A stretch of DNA of 63,864 bases, counting the filler, from Aduncisulcus paluster (Eukaryota), in assembly GCA_024181965.1 (NCBI GenBank). It is 8 parts of 8 records of this genome, joined end to end, with 100 filler letters (N's around TTAATTAATTAA, not from the genome) between each part and the next. Parts side by side here need not be neighbours in the genome. Positions count along the whole stretch, not along the records: positions 4,135 to 26,926 come from BQXS01011165.1; 7 more parts are not named here. One strand, written 5' to 3'. A program made the position numbers and the translations under genes. Of this stretch, positions 11,245 through 24,416 are shown one piece after another (positions within the stretch are counted from its first letter, which is position 1; every line of letters starts with the position of its first letter). The notes under the pieces are model-generated. The model was not told the DNA's origin and searched no databases. It saw nothing but the letters and a program-made list of their open reading frames with translations.

Positions 11245-11566
11245 GATCAGTGATTCGGACAAAAAAAGGGAATTTGGTTTTCCGAAAGGATTCTCGCACT
11301 AATAAGATTTTTCGAGAAAATAATTATATATAATGGAAGAATAAAATTCAAATATTGCTATTTTAGCTCCTTAATTTTTCTCAATGTATGAGATAATTTT
11401 TCGGACGAAAATGACAGTTTATTGATTGATGATTTTTACTTAAAAAGGTGTATAAACACCACAACATTTAAAATGGTATTTGATTGAGCTTTTATATGCT
11501 TCATACAATTCCTTATGGCTTTTTCCCGACTTCAACACATTAATACAATTATTATACAAGAAAATA

Positions 11567-14471
11567 ATGGACATAATTCGAGTGACAATTCCATTATTTG
11601 AATATGAAGATGAAATTCCGAAGACTGATGCCTCTCCCCTATGTCACTCTCTTGACTTAAATGAGTGGCCTAAAGACGCATATTGTCGAGATTTTGTAAT
11701 GTCAAATGAGCAGGTACATTTGCTTGTCGAGGTGAATGCCCTTGAAAGTCATTCTATAGCCTATTATGATTGGAATGTTCTTATTCATAGTATTGAAGAT
11801 GAATTACAGCGAGATAGTATGTTCTATTAATTTTTAGTTACTTCTTTTTTTTATTTTTGGATTTATTTTTTCTCTAACTTTCTTGTGTCCAATTATTTTA
11901 GCAAACCCCTATTTTGTGATTCCTGCTGTAATTTTTAACCCGAGCCCGGTATCCCCCTGTTTCTATCATAATGTTAATGAAGAAGGTATTCATATTTATC
12001 GATTTCTTTTGAAAATCCATGTTCCTGAAGTGGATTGTAAACCTCTGAAGGCCGCTTACCGGATTACCAAAGATATTCCATGTTCTCTTGATACATTTTT
12101 ACATTCTTTGAATCCTGATCCGCGTGTTTCATCTATTTTCACCCTTCGGGTGACCCCCTCTTCTCGTCTCCCATTCCCTGTCGTTCCCTTCCATACTTCC
12201 CTCTCATTTCCTTTGTCTATTATTCCTAAGCCATCGCTACAACCATTTTCCTCCTCGGTTCCAGCTAGTTCAGCCTTTTCTGTTGGAGTTTGCAATTATT
12301 CTTCTCTTGTATCTGTGTGTGTGGATGAAGCCTATGTAAATGATGGTGTTGGGATGGTATGCGTCCCAGAAGAAATAGATATAGATGAAGAATGTTGCGA
12401 GAAGGATTCTGACACACTCCAAAATTCATTTTTCTCTGTGAAGAAATGTGTATATGAAAAATATCTTAGATCCAAATCTGACTCCAATGAAGGAATAATT
12501 GATTTGTCCGACGAGAGATCCCTCTTTTTTTTACCGCCACAGGTTTGCGGATCGTTTTATTTCTCTCGGGACTCACTTCAGCGTGAACCCACGGTGAAGG
12601 AATCATGGAAATCCATTGAATCTTTACGGGAAGGATATCTCAGAGGTCTCGAGGAAACCTTAAGCCCAACTCCAAATGGATTACTGACCACTGCTTGCTC
12701 TGAGACATTTATTGGTGCCCCAAGAGCTGGTGTATTGCCAAGCTCTGAATATCTCCCTCCGAAGAAGAACCCTGCATCCCATCGATTATCGAGAGGTAGC
12801 AAAGGCAGTATTGATGGATTGAGTGCAAGTGAGATGAGTCATCGAGAGGAGCAACATCTATCAAGCAGACATTTCCAGCAACACTCTATGTTCTTACAGG
12901 CTTCGGGGTCGTCATCGTATCTCCCTAGTACACCTCACAATGCTCATGCTAAGCACCTATCTGTGACACCTATGGGTAAACAGCCTCTTGGTCAACACCA
13001 GCATGGAAGGACATCCTCTCGGTTTTCCTCAGTGCCTTCTTCTCCAACATTGGGATCATTTCCGAGTCAAGTGTCTGTTGTTGATAGCTATTCGAAAGCT
13101 ACAGGGGATCAGATTGATACCATGCTGTGTAAGCATCCCCAATACCCTCTATTACATGCAAGATTGACCATACGGTATAATTCTATTGGTTTAAGTAAGA
13201 ATCCTCCTCCATCTTCTCCCATTTCCTTCTGTGAGACTTTCCACTCTTGTCCGCAGCTCAATTGTGGTGCCCCAATGGTTTCCTTAGGATCCATTCAACT
13301 TCCTTCTTTAACAGGGGATGTTGATCTCCTTTCGACTCTTGCCATGGCTGAGATGTGCAAGATGCAGTCGCCAGGGTTTCCGTCTGTTGGACCAACAAAG
13401 ATATCTTCATTCTCCCAGGTTGAGAAAGAAGTTGATTCATTCTCAACACACCGTACTCAATCGAGTAACATTTCCATCCATTCAAGAGATTCATCGCATT
13501 CTGACGTTGGAATCACTGCTATTGATGGATTTAAACAATATTCATCTCTATCCCCAACAAGTAGGAGTGTTATGGAACCTCAGACCGGTCCCTGTAGTAT
13601 GCCTACTCATGTGAGTGAGGATTCTCTCGGAACTTTGTCATGGTATGTCAAGAAATCGTGTCAAAATTTAATTGTCACCTCGAATATATCATCGATATTG
13701 GTGAGAAACTTGGCTAGAAAAGAGGATAAGAAAGAAGGATTTCGATATGAGTTAGTGCATAAATCAGGCCAAGTATGGGGTGAGGATGAGGTTCCGTGTG
13801 CATGTGTGATCTCTCTTCCTTTTACATTTCACAACCCAACATGTAATCCTCAATCATTTTCTCTTGAAATCCATGACGCTGAATCTCAAGGATCAGTACT
13901 TGAAGAGGAAGAGATTGGTGGGCGATCACAGGTCGCTGTTCCTGCCTCCTTAGCTTCATCAATGGCTGAAAGGCATTCTAACAAATTGGTAGCTCAATTA
14001 CACTCTAAATCAAGGAAACCTCAATATAACAGTCAAACGTGGCATCCAAATGGATCTGCGAATGACTTATTCCACTATTCTTCATCCTCAATCCGTGGTG
14101 ATAAAATGAATGGTTCATCAAGTTCTGTCGGCAGACGTTCATTGCCGACATCACCTTTTACACCTGGGCATTCGAGAATGGCTTCCCAATGCCTTCCATT
14201 GGTTAGTGAACAGACGTTGCAACATGAAGTGTCTAAATTTAAGAGTGAGGATACTGAAATATCAACGATCCCTGTGGCATTACCCTTGACAACGACCATT
14301 TCTGGATTAGAAGTTTCTGCTAAGAGTCAAACAAAGATCGATTTAATGTACGTTATTCGTGATCCGAGGGCTAAAACGGTTGAAATTCCATTACCTTATT
14401 TTATTTTCTCCGATAAATCTGTTTTTAAACCCAACAATCGGCTTGTTCTTGATTGTCAATGGGATGGGTAA
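11567..14471 (+). CDS. Hypothetical Ser/Pro-rich protein, two exons (11567-11816, 11902-14471)
   Basis: The 85-nt intron GTATGT...TTTTAG at 11817-11901 joins the two track ORFs in frame. Confidence 0.8.
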
Positions 14472-14753
14472 TATGATTTAAATTATGTTCAAGATACAGT
14501 ATTTATATCATATTAGATCATTTAGTTTATTCACTCCAGTCAAATAAAAATATAAAATACGCCTGTATCGAGCCACACCTCGAAATTCGCAAAATGATGC
14601 ATCATTTGAGGGCAGCATAGGAAAATCTATTCTCTAATATTCGGTATCCAGTTATTTTAACGAGTATTTGTATGTTATTTTATTGTAATTCGTCTGTTTT
14701 GGTTCTTCCAGAATAACTTTTTCATAAATATTGTTCGTCTTATTTATATTTAT

Positions 14754-15165
14754 TATAATAGCCATTTTCTTGCATAAGATTAAGTTTTAAACTATTTTCA
14801 AACGCTATTCCTTCAAAATGATTGATCAGGCTCCCACAAGTTGTAATCTTTGTCTTACAGCTGGAATTTAATCCAAAACAAAGAACCAAAGAGCAAGGGT
14901 AGTCACCTAAGCTTTTAGTTCTTTCAGCCAAAAAACACCCAAAAATCTCNNNNNNNNNNNNNNNNNNNNTATAATAGCCATTTTCTTGCATAAGATTAAG
15001 TTTTAAACTATTTTCAAACGCTAGTCCTTCAAAATGATTGATCAGGCTCCCACAAGTTGTAATCTTTGTCTTACAGCTGGAATTTAATCCAAAACAAAGA
15101 ACCAAAGAGCAAGGGTAGTCACCTAAGCTTTTAGTTCTTTCAGCCAAAAAACACCCAAAAATCTC
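14754..15165. repeat. Overlap duplication flanking a 20-N gap (assembly artefact)
   Basis: 14754-14949 matches 14970-15165 with one visible substitution (CTATTCC versus CTAGTCC). Confidence 0.9.
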
Positions 15166-15259
15166 GCAAATTAAACCCAATTTTACTGAAACAATTTATC
15201 GTAAAATCCTAGTGTTTAAAAATTTAGCGAGAACCTGTTACGTCCTATAAATAAACACA

Positions 15260-18200
15260 TCAGATCTTTCAATTTTGCGTAATCTTGAGAAGTTACGTGA
15301 AAATATCCTTAGCTCATCTTCTCAACTCGATGTAAAGCTGCTTTTTAGAAGGTCTTCTGATCGTATTAAGGATGTATTTTCCAAGTACTCTTCCTCAGAT
15401 CTTGATATCACTTCCAATCGAGAAATTTTTGGTCTTTGTTTCGAATGTTTATCTTTATTCATGAAACATGAAGTTGTTGATCCTTCTCTTGTGGATAAAG
15501 ATCCTGTTGAGATTATTCTCGACAACGCTTCCATCAATAACATCATTGACTCTTTCCTCCCTCAAATGATTCGAGTTGAATCTGTTCTGAGAAGTGAAAC
15601 TGTGGTAAAAGGGCCTAAGGAGCTAGGAAGTGAAACTGAAGCAGCTAGAGTGAGCTCTGTCACTATTGCTCTGTTCCGGATGCTTAATGTCTCTACTGGG
15701 AAAATTAGAACCCTCCGAAACGCTATTTTGCCCCAAATTTCCACTCTGCTCTCCAAAATTTTTTCTTTTGGACTATCTATGAAACTTGAAGAAATTTTTG
15801 TTGGAGATTTCCTCTTAACATGCAGGACAATTGCATTTGCCAAACACAATCCGACTAAGGACTCTCTTTTATCCATTCTTCTCCCTCATATCTTACCTTG
15901 GATGAAGAAGTATCCTGACAAAAAGTTCTTTATGCATTGGTCCAACATCTTGAAGAATCTCACTCTTGATGAGAATAACTCCAAGCCTTATGAAGCTCGT
16001 TGCTCACAACTCTGGTTTGTATTCCATCCTGTTTTGGATGTGATTAGGGAACCTGCTTCCAAAGGTATTACATTTGATAATGAAGCTGTTATTCCATGTC
16101 TATGTTTCTTTGCAAACTTGAGTCACAATCCTTCCCGAGCAATTGAAGTGCATGATTCTATTAAAGATGGACTTATTGATGGTTGGTTTGAAATGGTAAA
16201 GATGACAAAGAAAGAAGATGATCCCAATCGCTTGGCAAGCAGATACTGGACCAATCTTATTTCAATGCTCTCCACTGTTTCATCAATTGTCCCTTCCCTT
16301 AAATGTAGATATGATGAAATGATGTGGTGTTCCGAGAATGGAGGACAGGCTGCCAGTTATTCCCTCTATGTTGATAATTGCTTTCCTTCTCTGAAGAAAT
16401 GGAGGGATTTGATCGAAAAAATACAAAAATGCCCCAATTCGCAATCCAAGGCTTCTCTTTATCATGGTCATCTTGGAGAAATGTTTTCCTTATTCTATGC
16501 TTACCGAGTCAAAGAGTGAGATTCTTGCTCATAAACCAGAGATTCTTCTTTGTCTTCGGTGTTTAAGCTTGTTTATTAAACATACAAATCAACTTGGAAA
16601 AGAAATATATCTCCCTATAAGTGATGTTGAAGAGCTCATTGACTCTTTTATTGATAATTTATCAATCGTTCAGGCTTCCAATAAACACACCATTATTCCA
16701 AAGCTTTGGAGGGAAGGAGAAGGTGATGAAAAGTATTTTGTCATTTGTTCAAAATACACGGAACTCGCTGTCCATGTTGAAGAGGTGGATATTATTGATT
16801 CTTTCTTGACAAAAATAACCTCCGCTTCCAGACGTTTTCTTGAGAGAGGAAGTAAGGAGAAAATGGAAGAAAAATTGGTTTTACCTTTCTTAATTTGTTT
16901 TGCTAATCATTCTGTTCGTCCAAAATTCAAGACACGATCCTCTATTCTCACCCTTTTCAAACCTTATGTTAAAGATTGGTTAAGAGTTTGTGACAATAGT
17001 CAGGTTTATGGACAATTGATGATTATTCTATCATTTTGCACTCTCTCGAGTAATGATGAATCACCAAATACTTCCCTCTGTTCTGAAGCTTGGCCTCTCT
17101 TCTCCACCGTTATTGATGCCATTAAGACAGAGTTAGTTGGGCAAAAGATTGTTTCCAGTTGTCGTGAACGAGCCATGTTATTCTTTGCTAATCTATGTTG
17201 TGTTCCCGAACATGCACTGGAAGTTTATGAAAATACCAAAGATCTTCTTGATGATTGGTTTGAAGTTATCGTAAAGTATAATTACGACTTGGCGATCTAT
17301 TTTTGGTGTAAACTCATATCAATGTTCTCTTCTGTTCCATCCCTTGTCCCATTATTATCTCCGAAATATGATGACAAAATGGGCTGGTGTTTCAAGAATG
17401 GTGGTTGGAGTGTTGACTATAATCGTTTTGTTGATAATGTTCAGACACCTATCACGAAATGGGTGAAATTGGTTGAGAAAATTAGGAAATGTCGTGATCC
17501 TTTCTCAACTTCTACACTCTACCATGAGCATCGAGATGAACTTTTCTCTCGATTTATTTCTCTCCATTCAAAGAGTGAGATTGAAGAGCACAAGCAAGAA
17601 ATTTCCCTTTGTGCGCAATGCTTGAATTTGTTTGTTCGTCACATTGTATCTGGAAAAGATATCGAACTTCCTTTGGATGATCATAATCATCTGGTTAACA
17701 CTTTCCTTGATCACCTTGCAAGAGTTGAAGAAGTGTTGAAAGAAGCCGTTGATGGAGAATTTTGTTGTATTTCTGTAATTCACACTTTTAAAATGAGACA
17801 AAACTGGGATTCCTTCCTTCTGAAATACTATTTAACTTTCAAGCGGATTTTTGATAGGGGAAGCAAGGAGATGTTGGGATATAATAACGAGTTGAAATTT
17901 GATGTTAGTTTAGATTTATTGGGAATCATTAGAAACATCTCTAATTCTTTTTCTCCTTCCACTAAATCCCATATTTTCACCTTAATTAAACCATACCTTA
18001 AAGATTGGCTGAAAATGTATAGGTCTAGTCAATTTTATGGACATTGGTGTTGTATTCTATCCAATATCACCTGGTTAGATTATGAACAAACTCCCAACAA
18101 ATCCCTCTGTTCTGAAGCTTGGCCTCTCTTCGACTCTGTTCTTGATGTTGTTAAGAGAGAGTTTGTTGGGGATAAGATTGTTGAGGAGTCTCATGAGAAT

Positions 18201-18437
18201 GTTTTATTATTCTTCTCCAACTTATGTTGTAATCCAGCACATGCTGTTGAAATATATGATAATGTAAAGGATCTTCTTGATGGGTGGTATGTAGTTATAC
18301 AGAGGAAATATCATAAATCGGGAGCGAATTGTTGGTCCAAACTTGTTTTTATGCTTGCTAGTGTTCCATCTCTTATGTCTTACGTGTCTCCTAAATATGA
18401 TAGGGCTATGGAATGGTGTAAGCGTAATCAAGGTTAG
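15260..18437 (+). pseudogene. Helical (ARM/HEAT-like) protein of three ~350-aa repeats, with a +1 frameshift near 16505
   Basis: Recurring motifs CS(E/Q)(A/L)W..F..V.D, FF(A/S)NL, LxDxW(F/Y) and SxVxS..P...xYD..M.WC..N.G occur in both ORFs. Alignment of the repeat junctions shows one extra base. No ATG at the start of the open frame. Confidence 0.7.
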
Positions 18438-21400
18438 GAAAGAAAGATAATTATTGTAGAGTTTTGTTATTGTATGTTACAAACATAACATAAAGCATAA
18501 AGGTTTTCAAAAAGAATGGGGTTTATTGCTCTAGATTTTAGAGATGTGATCTAGATCACGATTTGTATCGATTTATTGTTGATTTTACTATGTAAATAAT
18601 TGGTCTTTGATATTGTGGCAAGACCACTTGTCGTTGTTGGTGTTACAATTGTACAATTAGGTAAAATAAATAACAGAAAATTTCTAAAAATACCCTATAT
18701 CATATAGGGCCTATATATAATTCTTCAGGATAGAATTGACAATTCTATTGTCGAAACTCAACCAACAAAGTTCGAAATTCCGAATTTCTCAGAATGAACT
18801 TGTCAACATGGTTGTGTACAATTCTCAATTGCATCTTGTCAGAGAATTCTACAGCCAAAAAATCGCCCACACAAACTTATTCAACAAACAGCTGAGAACC
18901 ATCAAATTTACCCCAAAATTTGTAAATAGAGATCAAAAATGATCTCATTTATTGATATTTCCTCCATAATAACGGCTTTAAGATTAAAATAAAAAAACGA
19001 ATTCTATTTTTAGAAATTCTATTTTTAGAACACCTTAACGATAAACCGTATAAAACCCACAAAAATGGTTACTTTGTACCAAAAAGGTTCTTTTTTTTAC
19101 GTAAAGAAGGGATTTTTATCAATTTGTATCGGTCTTGTTGTGGAATTTGAGTAAAATTTAATGGATAGCCAAAGGAATTGATAATTGTACAAATAAGGAA
19201 ATTGCAAGACACCTCAAAGGTTGATTTCCATCAGAATATCACGAAAAAATTGATAAGGTTCCCCATTACTGATGACACTCAAGTTAGGTTGTTGTGATGG
19301 CTTTATATTGATTATTGAAACGTTTTTTCCTTGATATCTAACCAGCAATTACTTAGTATAGTACAGTACAGAATATATACTTAATTAATGTTCAAAATCA
19401 CCAAAGATACTATCTTCACTTAGAAAGTGGAATCGGATCCAAATAGTCTCTGAAGAAATTAAATAATGATGTATTTTATACCATTCAATACTTGGTAAAA
19501 ACGTCATATAGTAAGTTTGTTATCATTTCTTCGTGAGAGTAATAAGAACCTTGGTTAAATTCAAGTCTTTCACTAACGTGGAATGTTGTCGTTGACTTGT
19601 CAATTGAAACCCCCCGAAATAAATGACTGGGTGTTTTTAGCATAGAACAGTCCAGTAAACGAAAAAAGAACAATAGGATTTGAAGATCGTGTGTAATTCA
19701 AACAAGCGGACAAGTTGAAGAACTAGATCATAAAATCAATAAAATATACTAATTCTTGGCACCATCAAAAATTAAATTCACATTCTCCTCATTAACCAGA
19801 TTTTGAAAGTAGAGTATAGTCACTGTATGTACTACGGTATAGTACAGTATAGTTGTTTCAATGGAGCATCACTTGATAAATACTGGCATCAATCTGTTGT
19901 ATGATCAATTCCAAGCCACATATTAGAAAGAATAGAGCTTTTAATCATTATTGTGTCCAATTATTCTCATCAGAAGTAATTCCAAAGCAATATCCTTTTC
20001 TGAGGATATATTTTCCATCCATGTTCCATTATCTCAATCTAAAACCGATTAAAATGATCTCTATTGTACAAAATAAATCATATAAACCCTAATAAGTGCA
20101 ATTCTACTTATATGTTGGCAGTTTAATTGACTCCAAAGTGGCCATTTCCAGTTGGCTGTCTACTCCATATTTTGTGTAAGCATGGGACATCTTGCAGATT
20201 TTGATGACACATCAAAGGGTTTTCAGGCATAAGAATCAAGGAAAAATGCAATTTCATAGTTATTACATCAATTATTCACTTGAAAAATATGAGGATAGTC
20301 GGACAATAGTCCCTCATAAAACCCCGAATATGAAGCATAAACCTATAGAATATCTTAATAATTGGACCAAAAAGCAAGCTAATATTCAATATGAAAGTCA
20401 AAAATATGAAATAGATCAATTAAAGAGGATATAATATTACGTTTTGTCATTTTTTTCAATACCTTCTCTAAAAACAACTTTAAACCTTCCAACACTCAAT
20501 ACTACGCAAAAAAGAAGCAAGATTTCAAATCCTCAGAGCAGTCAGATGGCTAAACTAGTGTAAAACTCAACACAACCTCTGTCAAATACCATAGTACAGT
20601 CATTGTGGAAGACACCTCATTTCTTGGTGATGAAAAAAAACATCATAAAGCCCACATAAAAATTATAAAAGAACGTTTAGAACCAAATAAGTTTGTGAAT
20701 TCCAAAGATCTTGCACTCAACAAGTTCAAGCAATCATGAGGAGTTTAAGGGGCCAATTTTCAATAATACACCTCATATATTCAATATTTCACATTATTAG
20801 GGGAATTTAACGTTAAAATTGACCGATAAAACAAGTCCAAATACCCGAGAGTATCATACAAGGCAGATTCCAAGGACAAAATATTGAGTATGAGTGAGAG
20901 AATCATATCGATCCCAGGAGAATAACAAGAGATGACTGATATTCAAGACAAAAAACATCTGTTGATATCAATATTAGGGAAATATCTTCCATTTCCCATC
21001 ATAAATTCCCCAATAGCCATCTAGATATCCCTCATGATAACGAACCCATCACCACTCACACAGCTCTTATTTTCACTCTGTTAATTAGCTTGGAACCTCA
21101 AACATTTGAAATATATCCAAGAAACTCAATACATTCACCATTTAAACCATTTCAAATCCTCGATCAATGGGGGTGTCAATCCAACAATAATAGAATCATT
21201 TATGGAAAAAATATAAATACATACTCTATATCATTAATAGTTAATTCTTCATTGTTAAATTCTTTTTCTGAATGATGTCAGCTCAATTTCCCATTGGCTT
21301 ATTCGGACGATTCAACATCAAGATTTATCAATCCAAAAAGGACTTGAAATAATGACACATGATCTTAAAAAAAATATGTTTTTTGGTAGAGAAGTTGTTA

Positions 21401-22226
21401 GCAAAACTGACTATCTCGTCATTTAGAACAGATATATTATCATTGAACATTAATATCAATTAGAAAATTGCCAGATAAATCGAATCGATGATATTATTTC
21501 ATTTTTTTTTAGCACACAAACTGTCAAGAACAACTTGTTTTGAAAACACTCCAAACAACTTAGGAGCAATAGGATTCAAGAGTTGATCCACATAAGTTGT
21601 TTCAACAGTTCCAACCACCCATCAGATGCTCTCCATTTCCCAAGTCCTGGATCAAACCTTGACTTAGGAGAAAGAAACTACCACCCCTTCAAAGAAACAA
21701 TTATTGTTTGAAGAAGGCCATCAATCAACTAAGCTTGCTTCCTCTCTCCTCTGACCCCTATAAAGACAAGATATAGATTATGGAGTCTAGGCAGAGCGTT
21801 TTCCAAATTCAAAACTTGGCAGATACCTGTTGGAAAGAGAGACGATTTGAGACTCAATTTATAGCTAGAGTTTGATTCGAAAAAGGAGCCAAAATGCATG
21901 AAAAACTTCAAAGTAGGTGACACCAAGATAGCAAGATCTTTCAACCAAAACAACTGAAGATCTCAGAATTTTAAACCACTTTTTTCTGAAACAAATTATT
22001 ATCAAATCCAATTTCCCAGTCAAAAATTGCAGAGAACATGCTAGTTTGTCGGTCTTTGCAAAAATGAATTTAGAATAGCTAAACTAATCCAATTTCTCCT
22101 ATTTTTTTTAATATTTTGGATTAAAATTCCTTTTTTATTCATTTTTATATTATATAATCCATTGATTTTCCAAGGAAAATAGCGAATAGGAGCGAATGAT
22201 GATCTAGGATAGTTTTGTTCACATAA

Positions 22227-24416
22227 ATGCCGCCAACAAATAGAATTATCATTAAAGCGGCAGTAAGTACAGGGATCATTGTCATGTTTACCTTTCTGGG
22301 AGCCGCTTTCAATTTTTTTGGAAAATCTGAGAATAAGTCACCTTTGTTCCTTGCAGGAAATGATGATGCAACATGTAATGATCCAGGGTCGTTTACAGAC
22401 CCATGTCAATATGTTTTGGATAATTGCGATGATATTCCGACATATTTTAACTACCTAAAGTTCTTATATTGTGATTGCCACTCTGGATTCACGAAATTCC
22501 TCGGTTATCTTCTTTTAATTGTTTGGTGTTTTGTTCTTTTTATTGTTTTAGGAACAACTGCTGATCGTTACTTTTGCCCAGCTCTCGAAGAAATTAGTGA
22601 CGCCCTTAAATTGGCACCTGATGTTGCCGGAGTTACTTTTCTTGCTCTTGGAAATGGAGCCCCTGATATTTTTTCCGTTATTGCGGGTTTATCTGCGGGT
22701 TCAGCCGATTTAAGTGTAGGAGAATTAATTGGAGCCGGAAATTTCATTTCTCAGGTAATTTACGGAATTATTATCATTGGATTTGCTCCTACATTACAAA
22801 AATCAGCTTTCATTCGTGATTCTGTTATGTTTTTAGCTGTTGTCATTCTTGTGTTTGTTTTGATGTTAGCCACTCCCACCATGCACATATGGCAGGGAAT
22901 TCTCCTTCTTATTGTCTATTTCGCTTATGTTATTATTGTTGTGATCCTTCATTATTGGAGAGGCTCTGAGGAAGAGGAAGATCTCAGCGATTTGGAGATT
23001 ACCGAGACTTCTACTTCCACTAGCTGTGATGTCAGAGGAACTGGGGATGAAAAAGCTGCTATTCTTGCCCAAACAAGTGAGAAAGAACGCTTAGCCTCAG
23101 CGCTGGCCGAGATTGTTGATGTTAAACCCGAATCCCGTCCTTCTGTCGGATCTAAAAAGAAGCCAAAGCAAAGTGGTGCCACGAATAAGACCAAAGGGAA
23201 AAACAAGGCCGAATCCCAAGAACAGACCATGCTATTGATCCCTGGCGATGAATCAACATCCGAAGGAACATCGTCTTCTAGCACAACGTCTGCTGAAATC
23301 ATCACCACTGGCATCCAGGCTCAAAAGACTCACGTTGAAAGAAAAGGAACCCAACCCATAAATGCCACTTCCACACAGGAAATTCCCCTTACTGCCCATG
23401 TCGCTGGTGCTAAGAAACCTCTCCCTGTAACGACAACTCTTGGAGCTGATGTATCCAAACTCACTCGTCGTCTCAGTGTGGACAATGCCCCAGGTCTTTT
23501 GGGCCAACATCTGAGTGAAGAGGACGAGGATAAGTTCCTTGAGCAATTATCTGCCGCCGAGGTTGAAAAAGAAGAGTTTTCTTCCTCTTACCGTGAAGGC
23601 TTTTTCACCTCTCTTAAAACGACCATATCTGACGATTGGGATGATGCTGGGACATTTGGAAAGATCACATACATCCTCGAGTTTCCTTTCACCATTGCAA
23701 GGAACTTCACTGTCTTTCCAGCCCGAGATGATCAGTACAGCAGATTCTATGTTGTTCTCGCTCCCCTCGTTCTTCCTCTGTTCATTGCCTTCTCCATCAA
23801 TGAAGACTATGTCTCTGCCACATTCGGGAAGAATAACTTTTCGTGGGTGCTTTTATTCACTTTAATTGGCCTTGGTATCTCCATCGTGCTCTTTATTGTG
23901 ACCATTGGAGTCAGACACCCTCCATATTGGTCTCTAATGACCCTTGGTGTTATTGGATTCGTTATTGCTATACTCTGGATGAATACTGTGGCCAACGAAG
24001 TGGTGTCTCTCCTTCGAAGTCTTGGTCTTTCCTGGGATATTCCTGACCTTGTACTTGGACAGACCATTCTTGCATGGGGTAATTCTGTGGGGGACCTTGT
24101 CGCTGATCTCTTCGTAGCCAAGAATGGAAGACCTTCAATGGCCGTGGCTGGAGTATTCGCGGGGCCCCTGTTGAACATTTGCTTAGGACTAGGAATTTCG
24201 ATCACATGGCAAGCAGCCGCCAAGGGAAGTGTTTACATGCCTCTCAATGGACCCACAATATTTTCTATATGTGTCCTTATTGTCGGACTGGTCATTATTC
24301 TTGTTTCTGGAATCCTTACCAGGTATAAGCCAGGAAAGATTTATGGATGGATATTCTGCATTATATATGCAATTGGATGTATTGGAACAACTATTTGGAG
24401 TCTCCTCAGCTCTTAA
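22227..24416 (+). CDS. SLC8B1: Cation/Ca2+ exchanger, CCX/NCLX family
   Basis: Alpha-1 repeat GVTFLALGNGAPD and alpha-2 repeat LAWGNSVGDLVAD. N-terminal Cys-rich YFNYLKFLYC motif and two TM bundles separated by a long loop. Confidence 0.9.
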   Translation: MPPTNRIIIKAAVSTGIIVMFTFLGAAFNFFGKSENKSPLFLAGNDDATCNDPGSFTDPCQYVLDNCDDIPTYFNYLKFLYCDCHSGFTKFLGYLLLIVWCFVLFIVLGTTADRYFCPALEEISDALKLAPDVAGVTFLALGNGAPDIFSVIAGLSAGSADLSVGELIGAGNFISQVIYGIIIIGFAPTLQKSAFIRDSVMFLAVVILVFVLMLATPTMHIWQGILLLIVYFAYVIIVVILHYWRGSEEEEDLSDLEITETSTSTSCDVRGTGDEKAAILAQTSEKERLASALAEIVDVKPESRPSVGSKKKPKQSGATNKTKGKNKAESQEQTMLLIPGDESTSEGTSSSSTTSAEIITTGIQAQKTHVERKGTQPINATSTQEIPLTAHVAGAKKPLPVTTTLGADVSKLTRRLSVDNAPGLLGQHLSEEDEDKFLEQLSAAEVEKEEFSSSYREGFFTSLKTTISDDWDDAGTFGKITYILEFPFTIARNFTVFPARDDQYSRFYVVLAPLVLPLFIAFSINEDYVSATFGKNNFSWVLLFTLIGLGISIVLFIVTIGVRHPPYWSLMTLGVIGFVIAILWMNTVANEVVSLLRSLGLSWDIPDLVLGQTILAWGNSVGDLVADLFVAKNGRPSMAVAGVFAGPLLNICLGLGISITWQAAAKGSVYMPLNGPTIFSICVLIVGLVIILVSGILTRYKPGKIYGWIFCIIYAIGCIGTTIWSLLSS

